Source: Eledone cirrhosa (Eukaryota). Taken from it: DNA of 64,000 nt. The stretch spans positions 35,402,001 through 35,466,000 of the forward strand of contig OZ024746.1 in the NCBI GenBank assembly GCA_964016885.1. Direction: 5' to 3'. How positions within the stretch are numbered: the stretch's first letter is position 1; every line of letters begins with the position of its first letter. The notes under the pieces are model-generated. The model searched no databases. It was not told where the DNA came from and worked only from the letters and a program-made list of their open reading frames with translations. The translations under genes and the position numbers were made by a program. Below, piece after piece: positions 49,365 to 62,594 of the stretch.

Positions 49365-50433
49365 GTGCTGCTATGTGTGTGAAACTGGAGTGTATTTTGT
49401 TGGTGTGCATTATTTCTTCTGTGTGTATGTATGTGTGATTTGTGTATCGCTGATGGGAGTGTGCATGTGTGTGTGTATTTATGTATAAGTTTGTGTCAAT
49501 ATACTCATATGTGTCTGGATTTTTAATGTATATTTTTATATGCGTTTGTGTGTGTGCGCGTATGATTATGCGTGTGTGAGAGTGTGAGCTTATGTGTTAG
49601 CACATGTGTGTCTGTGAATTGTTTATGTAATTTTACGTCTACCTATGCGTACACGTTTCTGTGCTTCGGTGGGCTTCTGTGGTTATTAACCTTTGTATGT
49701 GAATGAGTTAGTGCGTGTGTGTGCATAAGCCTGAATGACTGGCTATATCAGCGTGTGGTAGAATCCAAGGCTGAAATCGATATAAATAGGAAGAAATTGT
49801 GTGTAGCGATCACACCTGGGCTACTTTAGGAAGTGTTCAGTGGTTGGCTGTGTGTAGCGCACTAAGAACGACAGTGGTAAGGGGTGAAGTTGTGGTGACG
49901 ACTAATGAGGAGGTAGGATAGAAACAAAAGTCAGTGTGAGGACAAGATGTACTTAATTTTGGTGGTCGTGGTGGTGGTAGTTGTGTGTGTGTGTACTGAT
50001 AAACCTCTTTACTACTACTACTACACACACACACACATATTTGTTGTGAAATACTTATTTCTCAGTCAGCCGACACAAACCTACATTTGGCGCAAAATAA
50101 ATTTTTTACATTCACATGACCTCTACCGACCAATCAAAACTGTTTTGACCACAAGAATTTTTGCAACACGAATTGGCGCAAAACTTATTTTAATACCGCT
50201 GGAGCCACTTTTTTTAACATAAAAACAGGTAGAATTCCCAAAACTAATCAGATCAGAGCAAACATCACGGACGCTCTATCTCAAAATTATTTTTGAAAAG
50301 CATTAGAAATGCGCAACCGGTAAAACTTAAAACCAAAACTGAACACTAACCAATACTATTACTAATTCTCACTTATTCCTAATTAAACTATTTTTCACTG
50401 TGAACAATTTGTCAGCATTTTCTATTCCGTTTA

Positions 50434-50491
<58 letters not shown>

Positions 50492-51441
50492 GTGGATTTT
50501 CTTGAATCACCGCTCTAACATTTTAGATTAATCAAACGATTCAAATAACGTAATAGTCTGGCAATATACAGGTAAAAATATTTAAAATATCATGACGTGA
50601 TTGGTTTAAACTGCAAAGAAATGTATTGGTCACTGTATAATAAAACAAAAAACATCATAAAAATAAACTTTCATTTTTAAATGTCTTAAAAACATTCCTA
50701 TACACGTCTTTGATGTGAATTATTTTTCATGCTGCAATAAATACCTGGACATTTTCCATAGAGTCAGTACAACTTGGAAAATGGTGAAGGTCTGTATCGG
50801 CAAAATTCAATCTATAAATGTTAGTAGAAAATAAATAAATTACTCAGACAATTTCCTATATATAAGCCAGAAAAACATTTTCTGTAACGGAGAGATAAGT
50901 GTTCTCTCTATAGATAGACAAGTGTTCGAAATGTTCAAATACACAACCACACAGTTGATTTATCTATGCTTTACTAAAAGGTTTCGTATACTTAAACATG
51001 TCTACGTTACTGAATGTTTATTTTACATAGATAAGTCTAGCTATTAATATATTCTCAAATTCTACATGATGTGTTGATTGTACATGTTTATTTATGTATG
51101 TTCTGTATGAATGCATGTTATGTATGTATGTATGTATGTATGTATGTATGTATGTATGTATGTGTGTATGTATGTATGTATGTATGTATGTATGTATACA
51201 TGTGTGTATGTATGCATATATGTGTTGATGTAACACCTGCAACCCTGATGGTATCCAATGATGTTGACTTGTTCTTCTTTTTGGTAAATATCATCTTGGT
51301 TAAGAGAGTGGGACTGGCTTTGTGCAGTGCCTTTGCTCACTATAAAAGCTTCACGGCACAGGCATTGCTTTATATCTGGAGATCTCTCTGCATTTGTCGT
51401 CACATGGTACCATGGGCCCAGCACTATGTGTCAATAATTAT

Positions 51442-51580
51442 CACAAGTGTAGTGTTTGTACCAGAGCTTTCAAGTCGCTGGCTGGACTAAAAAGTCACAC
51501 TCGTTCAGCGCATCAGTAGGGGTTCTCCTACATGGATATAAAGTAGTGGCCGTACTCGAAAACGAGTTGGCAGCCACCAT
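51442..51580 (+). mobile_element. LINE (RTE-like) 3' end with C2H2 finger
   Basis: HKCSVCTRAFKSLAGLKSHTRSAHQ* (C-x2-C-x12-H-x4-H, stop 51517-51519), short 3' tail, then microsatellite. Confidence 0.55.
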
Positions 51581-51591
51581 ATGTGTTGATG

Positions 51592-51645
<54 letters not shown>

Positions 51646-51657
51646 ATGTGTGTGTGT

Positions 51658-51716
<59 letters not shown>

Positions 51717-52028
51717 AGTGTGCGTCATGGATGTGTTTCTGTTGAGTTTTAAACTTTTCATATTCATATCTTCAAAGATTCATAACATAAATATTTATAA
51801 TATACAGAGTAAAAACAGAAGAAAATATTATTAAAGCGTAAACGAAAATAATTAAAATGTGTTGCAGAGACAAGATTAAAGGAAAACAAATTTGTATGTG
51901 GAACCTAAGAAAAGAAAATATTTCATATATTTAAAAACACAACTTTAAGTGAAATAAAAAAAATATATATTATATATATTTTATTTCGGGCGAAGCTCCA
52001 ATAAATAAGAGCTTTATGTGTGTTATAT

Positions 52029-52199
52029 GGTGGATTGGCAGTATTGGTAGAGGGTCGGACGCCATGCTTTGCAGAGTTACGGGCTTTTATGGTCTGAGTT
52101 CAAATCCCGCCGAGGTTAACTTTGCGGGGTCGATAAAATAAAGTACCAGTAATACACTGCAATAATTGCTGGTCTTGTGCCAGTAGTAGAAACAATTAT
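52029..52199 (+). mobile_element. tRNA-type SINE with small internal deletion
   Basis: A-box-like TGGCAGTATTGG, B-box GAGTTCAAATCC; lacks CTTTCATCCTTAC. Confidence 0.85.
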
Positions 52200-52806
52200 A
52201 TTAAACAGATATATTTGTGATGGACAAACATTTATAGTAAGAAGATAAATCTTGAAATATTACATCATCATCATCATCATCATCATATTCATGGACAAAG
52301 ACAGCGCCATAATATAATCACATGCTTACATTCATACAAACACATATCTATGTAAACAAGAACACACAAAAACGTTAGTGAATGCGCGACATTTTCTATT
52401 CATGTAGATTACGATAAGTTATATTAATCCAATATCTTACAATCCTCTGTTCATTCAATTCTCGAGATTCGAGAATGGTTAGGATTCTATTGAATAATTC
52501 TCTTACTAGAAATGACATTATGTCTGACCAACACAGCTGTCTTGTTTTCCAAACTTTACTAACGTTTTTTTTCGCTTCTAATCTTATTAATACTTTAATG
52601 GGATTTACGAATGTACGTATGAATGTACACGCATGCGCGTGCACACACACACACGCGCACGTACACACACGCATACATATATAGAGAGAGCCCGATAGAG
52701 ATAGATATATGCATGTTTATGACTGTATTTCTCTCTCGTTCTCTTTATGTATACATATACATATATATATAATATAAAATCAAAAGATGGTTAAAAGTGT
52801 TCCATG

Positions 52807-52877
52807 TATTTTATTATGCGCATTTCAAAAACAAATATCATCATGGGATGATATTTGCGTTCTTATCAGATAAAATA
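52807..52877 (-). ncRNA. Mirror hammerhead copy with core mutation (CUGAUAA)
   Basis: Reverse complement of 52975-53045 with G8 changed to A. Confidence 0.6.
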
Positions 52878-52974
52878 GGGAGACATGATATGAAGCTTAA
52901 AAAACACTTGCGAGCAGTGAAGTGTTAAATCAACATATGTTGATCAGATAAAATAGGGAGACATGATATGAAGC

Positions 52975-53045
52975 TATTTTATCTGATGAGAACACAAATA
53001 TCATCCCATGATGATATTTGTTTTTGAAATGCGCATAATAAAATA
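52975..53045 (+). ncRNA. Type I hammerhead motif (family A) with long stem II
   Basis: TATTTTAT-CTGATGA-GAACACAAATATCATC-CCAT-GATGATATTTGTTTTT-GAAA-TGCGCA-TA-ATAAAATA; perfect 8-bp stem I. Confidence 0.88.
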
Positions 53046-53749
53046 CATGGAACTCTTTTAACAATATTTTGATCTAATATTATTTATACTTCAGTACTAT
53101 AAACTGTGGAGTGCTACTTATCCGATATTTGCATTGCTTTATTGTGCTACAATAAAACTCACCTCCTACATTATATATATATATATATACACACACACTT
53201 ATATATGTCTGTATGTTAGTATGTATGTATGCATGTATGCATGTATATATGTATGTATGTATGTATGCTTGTATGTATGCATGTATGTATGTATACACAC
53301 AAACCCACACATATATGTATGTGTGTATATTTGTATGTATGTATATACATCTGTGTGTAGTGGGTTTTTATATAGAGTCAATTATTTTTCTTTCATTCTT
53401 TCTTTTCTAAACATTCCTTCACTTCTAGATTTTGATATATTAGGAATTGTAGGAGCTGAAGTCGGAGAAATGATACAACAGTGCCGCCGGACATACTTTG
53501 CGTTATTCTATTGGAGCTACTTGTCATTTCGTTTTTAAGTTCAAAGAGGCTTATATCACCTTTACACCCGCCATTTACAATAATATTAGTAATATATTGG
53601 AGGGCAAATAGATAAAGGAATAAAGAATATATACGCCTCCTTAGAGTCATTGTGTTTTATGCGGGTACAGCTCCACAAGTGGATCAGATATGATTACTAC
53701 AATAATTGGTTGGATAATACAACAGAGAAAGGAGGAGAGAGAGAGTGAG

Positions 53750-53852
53750 AGAAGAAGAAGAAGAAGAAGAAGAAGAAGAAGAAGAAGAAGAAGAAGAAGA
53801 AGAAGAAGAAGAAGAAGAAGAAGAAGAAGAAGAAGAAGAAGAAGAAGAAGAA
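53750..53852. repeat. (GAA)n microsatellite
   Basis: Direct reading. Confidence 0.95.
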
Positions 53853-54002
53853 TGCAACTCGAGTCTTGTAATCCTGAACCTAAGTATATATAACAAACCA
53901 TTAATATAGTTCATGATATTCACAATTTAGTATTTGAGTTGTAGGATACCATTTTTTCTTTCTTTCGTAAATAAAAGAGTTAATTATAATATTCACTTGT
54001 TA

Positions 54003-54186
54003 ATAATTGTTTCTACTTTTGGCACAAGGCCAGCAATTACCCAGTACATTACTGGTACTTTATTTTATCGACCCCGTAAGGATGAAAGGCAAAGTTAACC
54101 TCGGCGGGATTTGAACTCAGATCGTAAAGGGACGTCACTCTTTGCGACAAAGCATGGCGTCCGACTCTCTACCGATACTGCCAATC
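54003..54186 (-). mobile_element. tRNA-type SINE
   Basis: Nearly the reverse complement of 56747-56931. Confidence 0.88.
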
Positions 54187-54439
54187 AAAGATTCTTTATG
54201 TGGAATTCCCTTATTTGCAAGCATTCTAGCCATATTTCTACCAGACTCAGACAAGTGTCATGGACGGTTACTGTCCCTTTTTGGTTAAGCTGCTGTAAAA
54301 ACAAAGCTTGTACATGTCGAGTATGCACTGTGTGAGTCAATAAGATAAATGTATGAACAGATCTGGCTCAAAGACAATCGCCCAAAGTGAATTTGATATC
54401 ATATATCTCGATCAGCGCTGACGTAGGGCTAAGTATTAG

Positions 54440-54990
54440 CAATAGCAATAGAAACAGCAGCATTACTATTAGAAACGCTGTTACTATTTCAATGTAGTAA
54501 AGTGCTTTACAAGATCGTAGGGAATCATCATCGTTTAGCAACGTTAGTCGAAACAGACCTCCGATCTCCTTCTCAGAATCCCTTCTGCAAATCCACAGCA
54601 AGACCTTGAACTTCATCCCGAATCTCTATTGATGAGATACGTGTAGGAGAATTTGAAACTTTTGCCATTAGCTGGATGAAATCTCCAACGGAGGTATGAT
54701 AACGAAAGGTCATTTTTTTTTTATCACTACATCATTGCCCACCACATTGTATTTTACGTTGTAATTCTTTTTGTGAGACGAGTGGTACAGATAAATCTAT
54801 TAGTTTTGGGTGACGCGCTACAGAGAACGGTAACAGTATCTTTCATGACTGTCGAAATTTGAATAAAGGTCACAGTACTACTCCAAGCAAATCTAAACTG
54901 TACATCATTTCCCAAACCAGTTAATGTCTTAAACTCATCAAAAACAAAATGCATCGCTCGGTTCAAGTATATATAAAACAAACGTTAGAA
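54440..54990 (+). mobile_element. Possible very decayed LINE RT
   Basis: Scattered ETFAI and LNSSKTK-like segments in broken frames, in the expected order. Confidence 0.3.
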
Positions 54991-55978
54991 TAACGCAATG
55001 ACCATGCTATGGCACACCAAACGAAACCGATCCAATCCAGAGTCTTCTCACTCCTCATGGCGGAACCCATCTCTGTTTGAACTCCTCCACTTTCTATTTT
55101 GTTTTGGTTATGTCATGGGTGTAGCCGTACTCCCCACGCGTGGCCAATTGCGGGCTGGAGAAGCTGATAACCCCTTTAACAGCTCTTTTTTGTGTTGCTG
55201 GAGTTCCACTTACACTTCTCATCAGACCAGGGTCTGGCAAGGGAGCTAGTTTAGTCACCGATGACATGACCATGAAGCAGGTTGTATTTGGTTTCATGGT
55301 ACAAGTAGCAGGCGGAAGCCAGACCTGACCTGATAAGTCACGATGTAGAAGAAAATAACAAATATTCAACTCCTGAATAGGACCAAATATTCCCAGAGTA
55401 GAAGAGATATATAAATATTTATATGTGTACAAAATATGTTAATATACGTATGGAAAATCTATTCGTGCAACATAAACACAATTAAGGAGTTGAATTATGG
55501 CTTCACTGTGCTAATATATTACAACCAGAATTTGAGGAAAGCTCGTAAAATGTTATCATAGTGGACACTTTGTAATTATATTTTCTGGCGGTTTTTGCAG
55601 GTGCATCTCTATACAGTTATCAGCTGGTAGTTTTCCTTTATTAGTTGTTTAAAATGCTGCAGTTATAATCAACTATTATTTTATTGATGCGGGTGTGTCT
55701 ATAGCAATATTTGTAATTGTCTAGTGTACATTTGTGTCGACAGTGACATTTGTATTTCGGCTAGGGGGAAATCATTTCCTTTTCAGAAATGACGTCTCTT
55801 CGACTAATAATACTTTGTTTGAAATCCCGTCTTAAACGTGAAAAGAGGTTTTATTATTACTCATGACTAACAGTGAAATTATTTTTTTTTAGTGGCGGGT
55901 TTATGGAGTGGGTTTATGGTCAGACATTTAACGAAATATTCCATCTCAGTATATTCTTTAACGTATATCATAAATAAT

Positions 55979-56162
55979 TATTCTACTTTAGGCACAAGGC
56001 CAGCTATTACCCAGTGCATTACTGGTACTTTATTTTATCGACCCCGTAAGGATGAAAGGGAAAGTCAACCTCGGCGGGATTTGAACTCAGATCGTAAAGG
56101 GACGTAACTATGCTGGAAAGCAAAGCGTCCGACCCTCTACCGATACTGCCAATCCACCGCCC
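55979..56162 (-). mobile_element. tRNA-type SINE with 15-bp TSD
   Basis: TATATCATAAATAAT at 55964-55978 and 56163-56177. Confidence 0.92.
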
Positions 56163-56746
56163 TATATCATAAATAATAAATAATTATATATATATATATA
56201 TATATATATTAAATAAAGTGCAGTTAAGACGGAGTTACTTAACTATAATTGCTTTACAGCATGATATTTATTTATGTTACATGGCTATAAATGTGACTTC
56301 ATCAGATTCTCATACAATCTTGGGAATATGTCATTGGTCATGTATTACCATCCAGTAGTGATGACGGCAGATATGAGTTTCTGAATCTCTTATTCTTAGT
56401 AAGTTCTAGTGGTAGATGTATCCGCCTTCTGATTGGTTGAGTTTGGTGGCTCCGGGTAAAAGTCCTGGGCTGTGGGAAGGCCAGCATGTGGGACCCCATT
56501 TGCTCACCATACAGAGAGATAGGGGAGGGCGAGAGAAATGGACGCGATAATGGGAGTTCGGCTTTTCCACATACGTACCATATCCTTGTGGTTGTGTTTA
56601 ATGTAGTTGTGTATTACATGCTACATTATTTAACTTTGCTTGTTGTCCAGCCAGTATTGACAGATTTACTGTTACATCTCAGCTTGTGCTCCGTCATTTC
56701 GCCTGTTGAATGTAGTTCTCGGTATCATTATATTGCCATTAGCCAG

Positions 56747-56931
56747 GTGGTGGATTGGCAGTATCGGTAGAGGGTCGGACGCCATGCTTTGACGCAAAGA
56801 GTTACCGCTCTTTCCATTCTGAGTTCAAATCCCGCCGAGGTTAACTTTGCCTTTCATCCTTACGGGGTCGATAAAATAAAGTACCAGTAATACATTGGGT
56901 AATTGCTGGCCTTGTGCCAAAAGTAGAAACA
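56747..56931 (+). mobile_element. tRNA-type SINE with 20-bp TSD
   Basis: A-box-like TGGCAGTATCGG, B-box GAGTTCAAATCC, core CCTTTCATCCTTACGGGGTCGATAAAATAAAGTACCAG (resembles the MetaSINE core, from memory). TSD ATTATATTG(C/A)CATTAGCCAG at 56727-56746 and 56932-56951. Confidence 0.92.
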
Positions 56932-57199
56932 ATTATATTGACATTAGCCAGACGAACATAGTGTTCAGACCGTCTAACAGTGGAACTATAAATGTTAGCG
57001 AAACGGACAGAAGAGACAAGAAGTAGCGGCTTGTTTTGTTGATGGCTCTTCGGTCCGCTTCGCTCAGCTTTACTGGTGCCAGTGTTTGGCAGCATGAATA
57101 CACTCTACCCAACGGCAACGGCGATATAATGATAGCGAGGACTACAGATAACAGATGAAACAATAGACAACCATATATATATATATATATATATATGCT

Positions 57200-57254
<55 letters not shown>

Positions 57255-57269
57255 GTATATATATGTGTG

Positions 57270-57337
<68 letters not shown>

Positions 57338-57371
57338 TACATATATACATATATATGTGTGTGTGTGGGGT

Positions 57372-57407
<36 letters not shown>

Positions 57408-57411
<4 letters not shown>

Positions 57412-57507
57412 ATTAATATTTATATCTACTCCAAATATTTGTCGAGTGCTTTATATCAGTTATAATAATATTTGCTTGTTGTATCCCAACAATTTAAATA
57501 GAACTTT

Positions 57508-57510
<3 letters not shown>
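57408..57510 (+). mobile_element. Solo 3'-terminal fragment of family C
   Basis: Reverse complement of 34821-34920, between TA tracts. Confidence 0.8.
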
Positions 57511-57543
<33 letters not shown>

Positions 57544-58259
57544 CATACATACATATATATATGTGTGTGTGTGTAAGGGGGGGGGGGTATATGTATAGAC
57601 ACTCACACACACTAAAACACATACACGCATATATATATATATGTATGTGTGGGCGGGCATGTGTGTGTCTACATGGATTTATATATGTATTGACGTGCGA
57701 TGACTTTTTCTATAGTGTCTAAATTATATTAGAGTTGAGCCAAATCAATATACATATTTGTTCCCTTAAAATATAGAATGTGATCGATATATTCACATAT
57801 TCCTACATACAAAATCCCTTACATACGTATAATCAATCATACGTGCATACATACATATATATGTATGTGTGTCTGTATAATACATTTATATGGAAAATAT
57901 TGTTTTACGGTATAAAATTTTGTAATCGTTAATTTAACATTAAAAATATATATTAGATTTTACCATACATATATATTTTTTGAACACTATTTTATTTATA
58001 ACAATATTCTATAAAGCAATACAGAGTTGTGATTAAATGTTCGATTTTCAATATAATTCAGTAATCAATATTGAATTACATACAAAACCTTACATTAGAA
58101 TTCTTTAAATACACTTGTCTTGCAGAAAACCGATACAAACAATAATATATCGAACGAAAAAATCAATTCTAATGTGTTATTAACTGAAGCACACACACAC
58201 ATGCACACACACACACATACACACATACACACACACATATATCTATCTATCAATCTATC

Positions 58260-58290
<31 letters not shown>

Positions 58291-58305
58291 CTGTGTCTGT
58301 GTACG

Positions 58306-58389
<84 letters not shown>

Positions 58390-59062
58390 TATATACATAT
58401 ATATATACATATATATAATTTATATTTCAATGATTAATCGATATATCGAAACATCAACATCAATACATCAATATATATATATATATATACACCTATATGT
58501 GTGTGTAGATTTTAATACTTTCATGTGTTATAATCGATATATCAATAAAAGACACCGCATTATGATGTTATCTGTCTTTTTGTTTCATATCCTTATACAT
58601 ATACATGTCAATATGTGTTTTTTCTCTGGGATTTACTCTCTATGAGTGTAAGTGACCTTTCTGTTCTTCGTTACATTATGTTCGATTAAACTATCGTTCA
58701 TTCATTTATTTATTTTGTCATTGCCATGTAATTTCAAGACTTTTCTTTTCCTTGTATGAACTTTATGATTAACTGCCGCGCTTCGTACTGTTTTCGTTAC
58801 ATTGCCCTTCCTTTAAAATACACCAGTACGCTATTTAAACTATGTTGTTGGAAAAAAGTAAGCCCGAATGGACTACCACTACATTCGTTAATGGGTATTT
58901 CTTATTTCGACAGCTGAGGATCACTGAGATTTTTATCCTGTGCATGTTACCATTATTGCGTCGTTTATTTACCATTTTTGTCTCTTTCATTCTCACTCTA
59001 TCTTTACGTTAATTATCTACCTTTATCGCTCACACACACATACAACCAAATATATATATATG

Positions 59063-59122
<60 letters not shown>

Positions 59123-59148
59123 TATATATATATCTCTATATATATATG

Positions 59149-59179
<31 letters not shown>

Positions 59180-59211
59180 CTCTCTATATATATATGTATA
59201 TATATAAAAAA

Positions 59212-59310
59212 GTGGTTACACAACAGTTAGTTCACCATACCGGGAACAATTGTTTCACCTTAGCGGATCCTCAGCTCTACCACTACGGATATTACCTTCC
59301 AGTGTTCTAC

Positions 59311-59313
<3 letters not shown>
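59212..59313. mobile_element. Miniature inverted insertion of the family E (Hydra-like) tail
   Basis: 59212-59277 is the reverse complement of 45829-45893, including the HHR core; 59274-59313 equals the terminal 45923-45962; TA flanks. Confidence 0.85.
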
Positions 59314-59360
<47 letters not shown>

Positions 59361-59364
<4 letters not shown>

Positions 59365-60578
59365 ATACTTTGGGAGGGTCAGGTTGCCAATAAGAAACAC
59401 ACACACCAGTAGCTTTCACTCCAATTTATTATAAGTTAAATTAAATTATAAATTTAAGAAATTTATAACTTTCGGTTGGTTGGTTGGTTCCACAAACGGA
59501 CGGTTGTTCATATATTGTCAAAATTCTTTCGTCACACATTCTATTACCTCTCAATTGACCAGGAATTCGTTTCTTTGTTTTGTGCCTCTCCTTTGTTCTG
59601 TCCTACGCCATCTTGTTTTTGTGTGTGTTGAGTGCTCAGTTTGCGCATGTGTTACATCCGGGTGTCTGTGTGCGTTTTTATTTGTTTATTTATTTGTTTA
59701 TTTACATGTTACTGGTTGGTTGTTTGTTCTATGTGTGTGTTTTCATTCTGTCCTTAATTATAAGTTGTGATGTTGCTATTCCATTCATTGATTTCTATTT
59801 AATTTTGGTTGGAGTTTATTTATGTTTATTGCCTCTGTGATTTGTCTAAACATTGCGTCTTTTCTGTGTGTAGATTTTATTTTTATTTCTATGTTCTGTA
59901 ATTAGCACTTATGTTCTATTTTAGAATGTTGCAGGTGTACTGGTGAATCTTTTCTATCTTGAAGCTCTCGCCAGTGTTCATTTAATCGTTCTCCTATACT
60001 ACGAGCTGTCTCACCTATGTACACTATATTCTTATCTTTACATTGTCCCCCAGTACATCTTATGCTATATACTATGTTTCTAGTTTTGCAGTTAATATGG
60101 GGGTTTAGTATACAGATTATGCATTTCTTATCTATACAGGGAGGTCTTTGAAAAGGGTATGTATTAATAATAAGTGTTTTTATGGAGGTAGCTGGTCTTT
60201 CCACTATGGTAATATTTAGTTTAAGTTTATCTAGGGCCTTTCTAGATTTGTAAGCTAGTTCACCCCTAGGGGTTGTATTGATGAACATTACACTCTGGTA
60301 TTTATTGCTATCATACCATGAGTTTATTCTATTAACCCTATCCCTAGTTTTTTCTATTCTATTCCAAAATTTGCTCCTACACAAGGGGCAGGTCCCATTT
60401 GTATCATTATTTACCATTTTTTCCCATTTGGTTCAGGCTCCTCTATATTTAGTACGGGTGATGAGGAACGTTTCCCGCATGTGCAACCCCAAAGAACTAG
60501 AGAGACACATACAACACTTCATCCACCGTATGGTGTTCTCTGGTTACAAGCAGAGAGATAAAATCACAGTATATAGAG
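59361..60578 (-). mobile_element. 5'-truncated PLE (Nematis-like, inferred) with inverted 5' segment
   Basis: ORF 59902-60417: YQSVMFINTTPRGELA, C-x4-C-x2-C linker, IVYSIRC...YIGETARSIGERLNEH. 3' UTR runs to a TA tract; 60449-60578 encodes the upstream LVRVMRNVS...RMVFSGY region on +. Confidence 0.9.
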
Positions 60579-60794
60579 ACGGGAGAAGGAGACAGGGTGT
60601 TCGAGCGGCAAGGGTGGAAGGTGGTGTGTGTGTATGTGTTTAGGGGTACGTGTGTTTGTGTGTGTGTTTGGATGTGAATTTGAGAGTTTGGGGAATAACG
60701 AGGTTCCATGTTCGGGTACTAGGGAAACCAGTATGCACATGGGGCTGGGGTGTAAGTCAGTGTGTGTGTGCGCGTGTGGATGGAAAGGGGTCAG

Positions 60795-60942
<148 letters not shown>

Positions 60943-62450
60943 CTTCCCAAGACACGGCGAACAGAATCTATGAGACGTTCAACAACACGGACGAGAACAT
61001 TGACTTCAGTGTTGAACACCCCAACGAAGACGGGTCACTTGCCCTCCTCGACTTCCGAATCAACATCACGGAACAAGGAGGGATCCACTGCAACTTCTAC
61101 AGAAAGGCAGCCTGCAGGGACCTATTCGTTCACTACAAGTCCGCCCTCCCTAACATTGCCAAAAGAGGATACATCATGAACGAGATCGTGCGAATCAAAG
61201 ACAGATGCAGCGATCCCGCGAGTAGTGTCACTCATACCAAGCGATTCCTCGAGGTGCTGGAGACGAACGGGTACCCTACCTCGATCACAGACAGAATAGG
61301 AGACACCAGACGCAAGAGACAGAGAAGCACCCAAGGCAAGTGCTTCCTTAAAATGCCACACCTGGGCGAGAAAACCACCAACGCTATCCGCAAGGCTATA
61401 CGGAGGGAGGGCCTCGACATCCACCTGGCCCACTCGGGCCCCTCCCTGCGAAGATGCCTCTCCAGGAAAACCGAAAAGTCTACTGACGCATGCTCCCTCA
61501 GAGACTGCCCGATACGCCATGCTAACTGTTGCCTACGCACATACGTCGTGTATAAGATAGAATGTGACAGGTGCAACCAATACTACATAGGTAGCACAAT
61601 TCGACCTTTGCACATCCGGATCAAGGAACACATTAAAACCAGGGCCTCGTTTTTCCGGAAACACAGACAAATGCGGAAACAAAGACGGAAGGCCCATTGT
61701 CACAATGCTAGCGACTGAAAGAAACGTCGGCACGTTACGTATTAAGGAAGGGCTTCTTATCAAACGACTACAACCGCAAATAAACAACCGATTAGAGAGA
61801 AGCGAAATGAAATGGCTGGTTTAAGTTAACAAGCGATGCAACAACACACAACACACGCACACACACACACACGCAAACGAGACAACTACACACACACACG
61901 CACACACACACACAGTAGCATTCCACCATACGAACATACTACACTGCCAATACAGATGAACAAGGCAACTACACACGCACACACACACACACACTCAAGC
62001 GAGACAACAACACACGCACACACACACACAGTAACATTTAACAAGCAGGCAGAGAATGGACTGACAGCTAGCGCCATCCCACTCCCTCATTCGGCCGTTG
62101 ACTTCTGTACGACCGACCCCATTTCACGCGCACGCGCGCTCGACCGAATACCTCAGATATTCAAATCAACAAACAGCGAAAGACGCGTTCCGAATTGTCC
62201 GACAGACAACCTTTTCCCCCACCCCGGAAAAAAACCCCAGTTGATGGATGTGAATCCGAAATATATAGGGACTATTAAATCTCTCCCAAGGTAACTCTCT
62301 CTCTTGTGTTGTTATTAGTATTTTTACCCTTTCACTCTTCCCTTCATTCTACACATCTCACACATCTTATACACACCACGCATCTCAACGTACATCCACT
62401 TACATATCTCTCTCTCCTCCACCGGACCCTGTTACCCGCAGATTTACCCA
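60943..62450 (+). mobile_element. 5'-truncated PLE (Penelope/Poseidon-like, inferred): RT C-terminus, GIY-YIG, 3' tail
   Basis: IDFSVEHP...LALLDFRI...[32 protein letters not shown]; frameshift near 61670, then RIKEGLLIKRLQPQIN. Starts right after (TA)n; right boundary approximate. Confidence 0.9.
62235..62270 (+). ncRNA. Degenerate hammerhead motif in PLE tail
   Basis: CCC-CAGTTGA-T-GGAT GTGA ATCC-GAAA-TATA-TA-GGG; stems present, core differs from CUGAUGA at two positions. Confidence 0.5.
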
Positions 62451-62559
62451 TTTAAATTGTCGAGGCTTCCAAACGACTTATAAATATTTACTTATTGTTC
62501 CACAATGCTTCAAGCAAACTTCAATACTCTCTTATTTATATATATATATATACACTCAA

Positions 62560-62594
<35 letters not shown>

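Larger units (their letters stand above)
52768..53170. mobile_element. Foldback HHR element, family A, second copy
   Basis: Inverted arms, same tail end (AAACTCACCTCCTACA then TA) as 19579; small duplication in the spacer (52944-52975). Confidence 0.88.

Noticed and set aside
51442-51519. Host C2H2 zinc-finger gene exon
   Set aside because: Single finger, no TGEKP linker, immediate stop and short tail; fits a LINE C-terminus better.
53647-53923. Poly-Leu/Ser/Arg ORFs (also poly-Leu at 43387-43587)
   Set aside because: Trinucleotide microsatellites.
56747-56840. tRNA gene
   Set aside because: A/B boxes belong to a multi-copy SINE with TSD; no cloverleaf.
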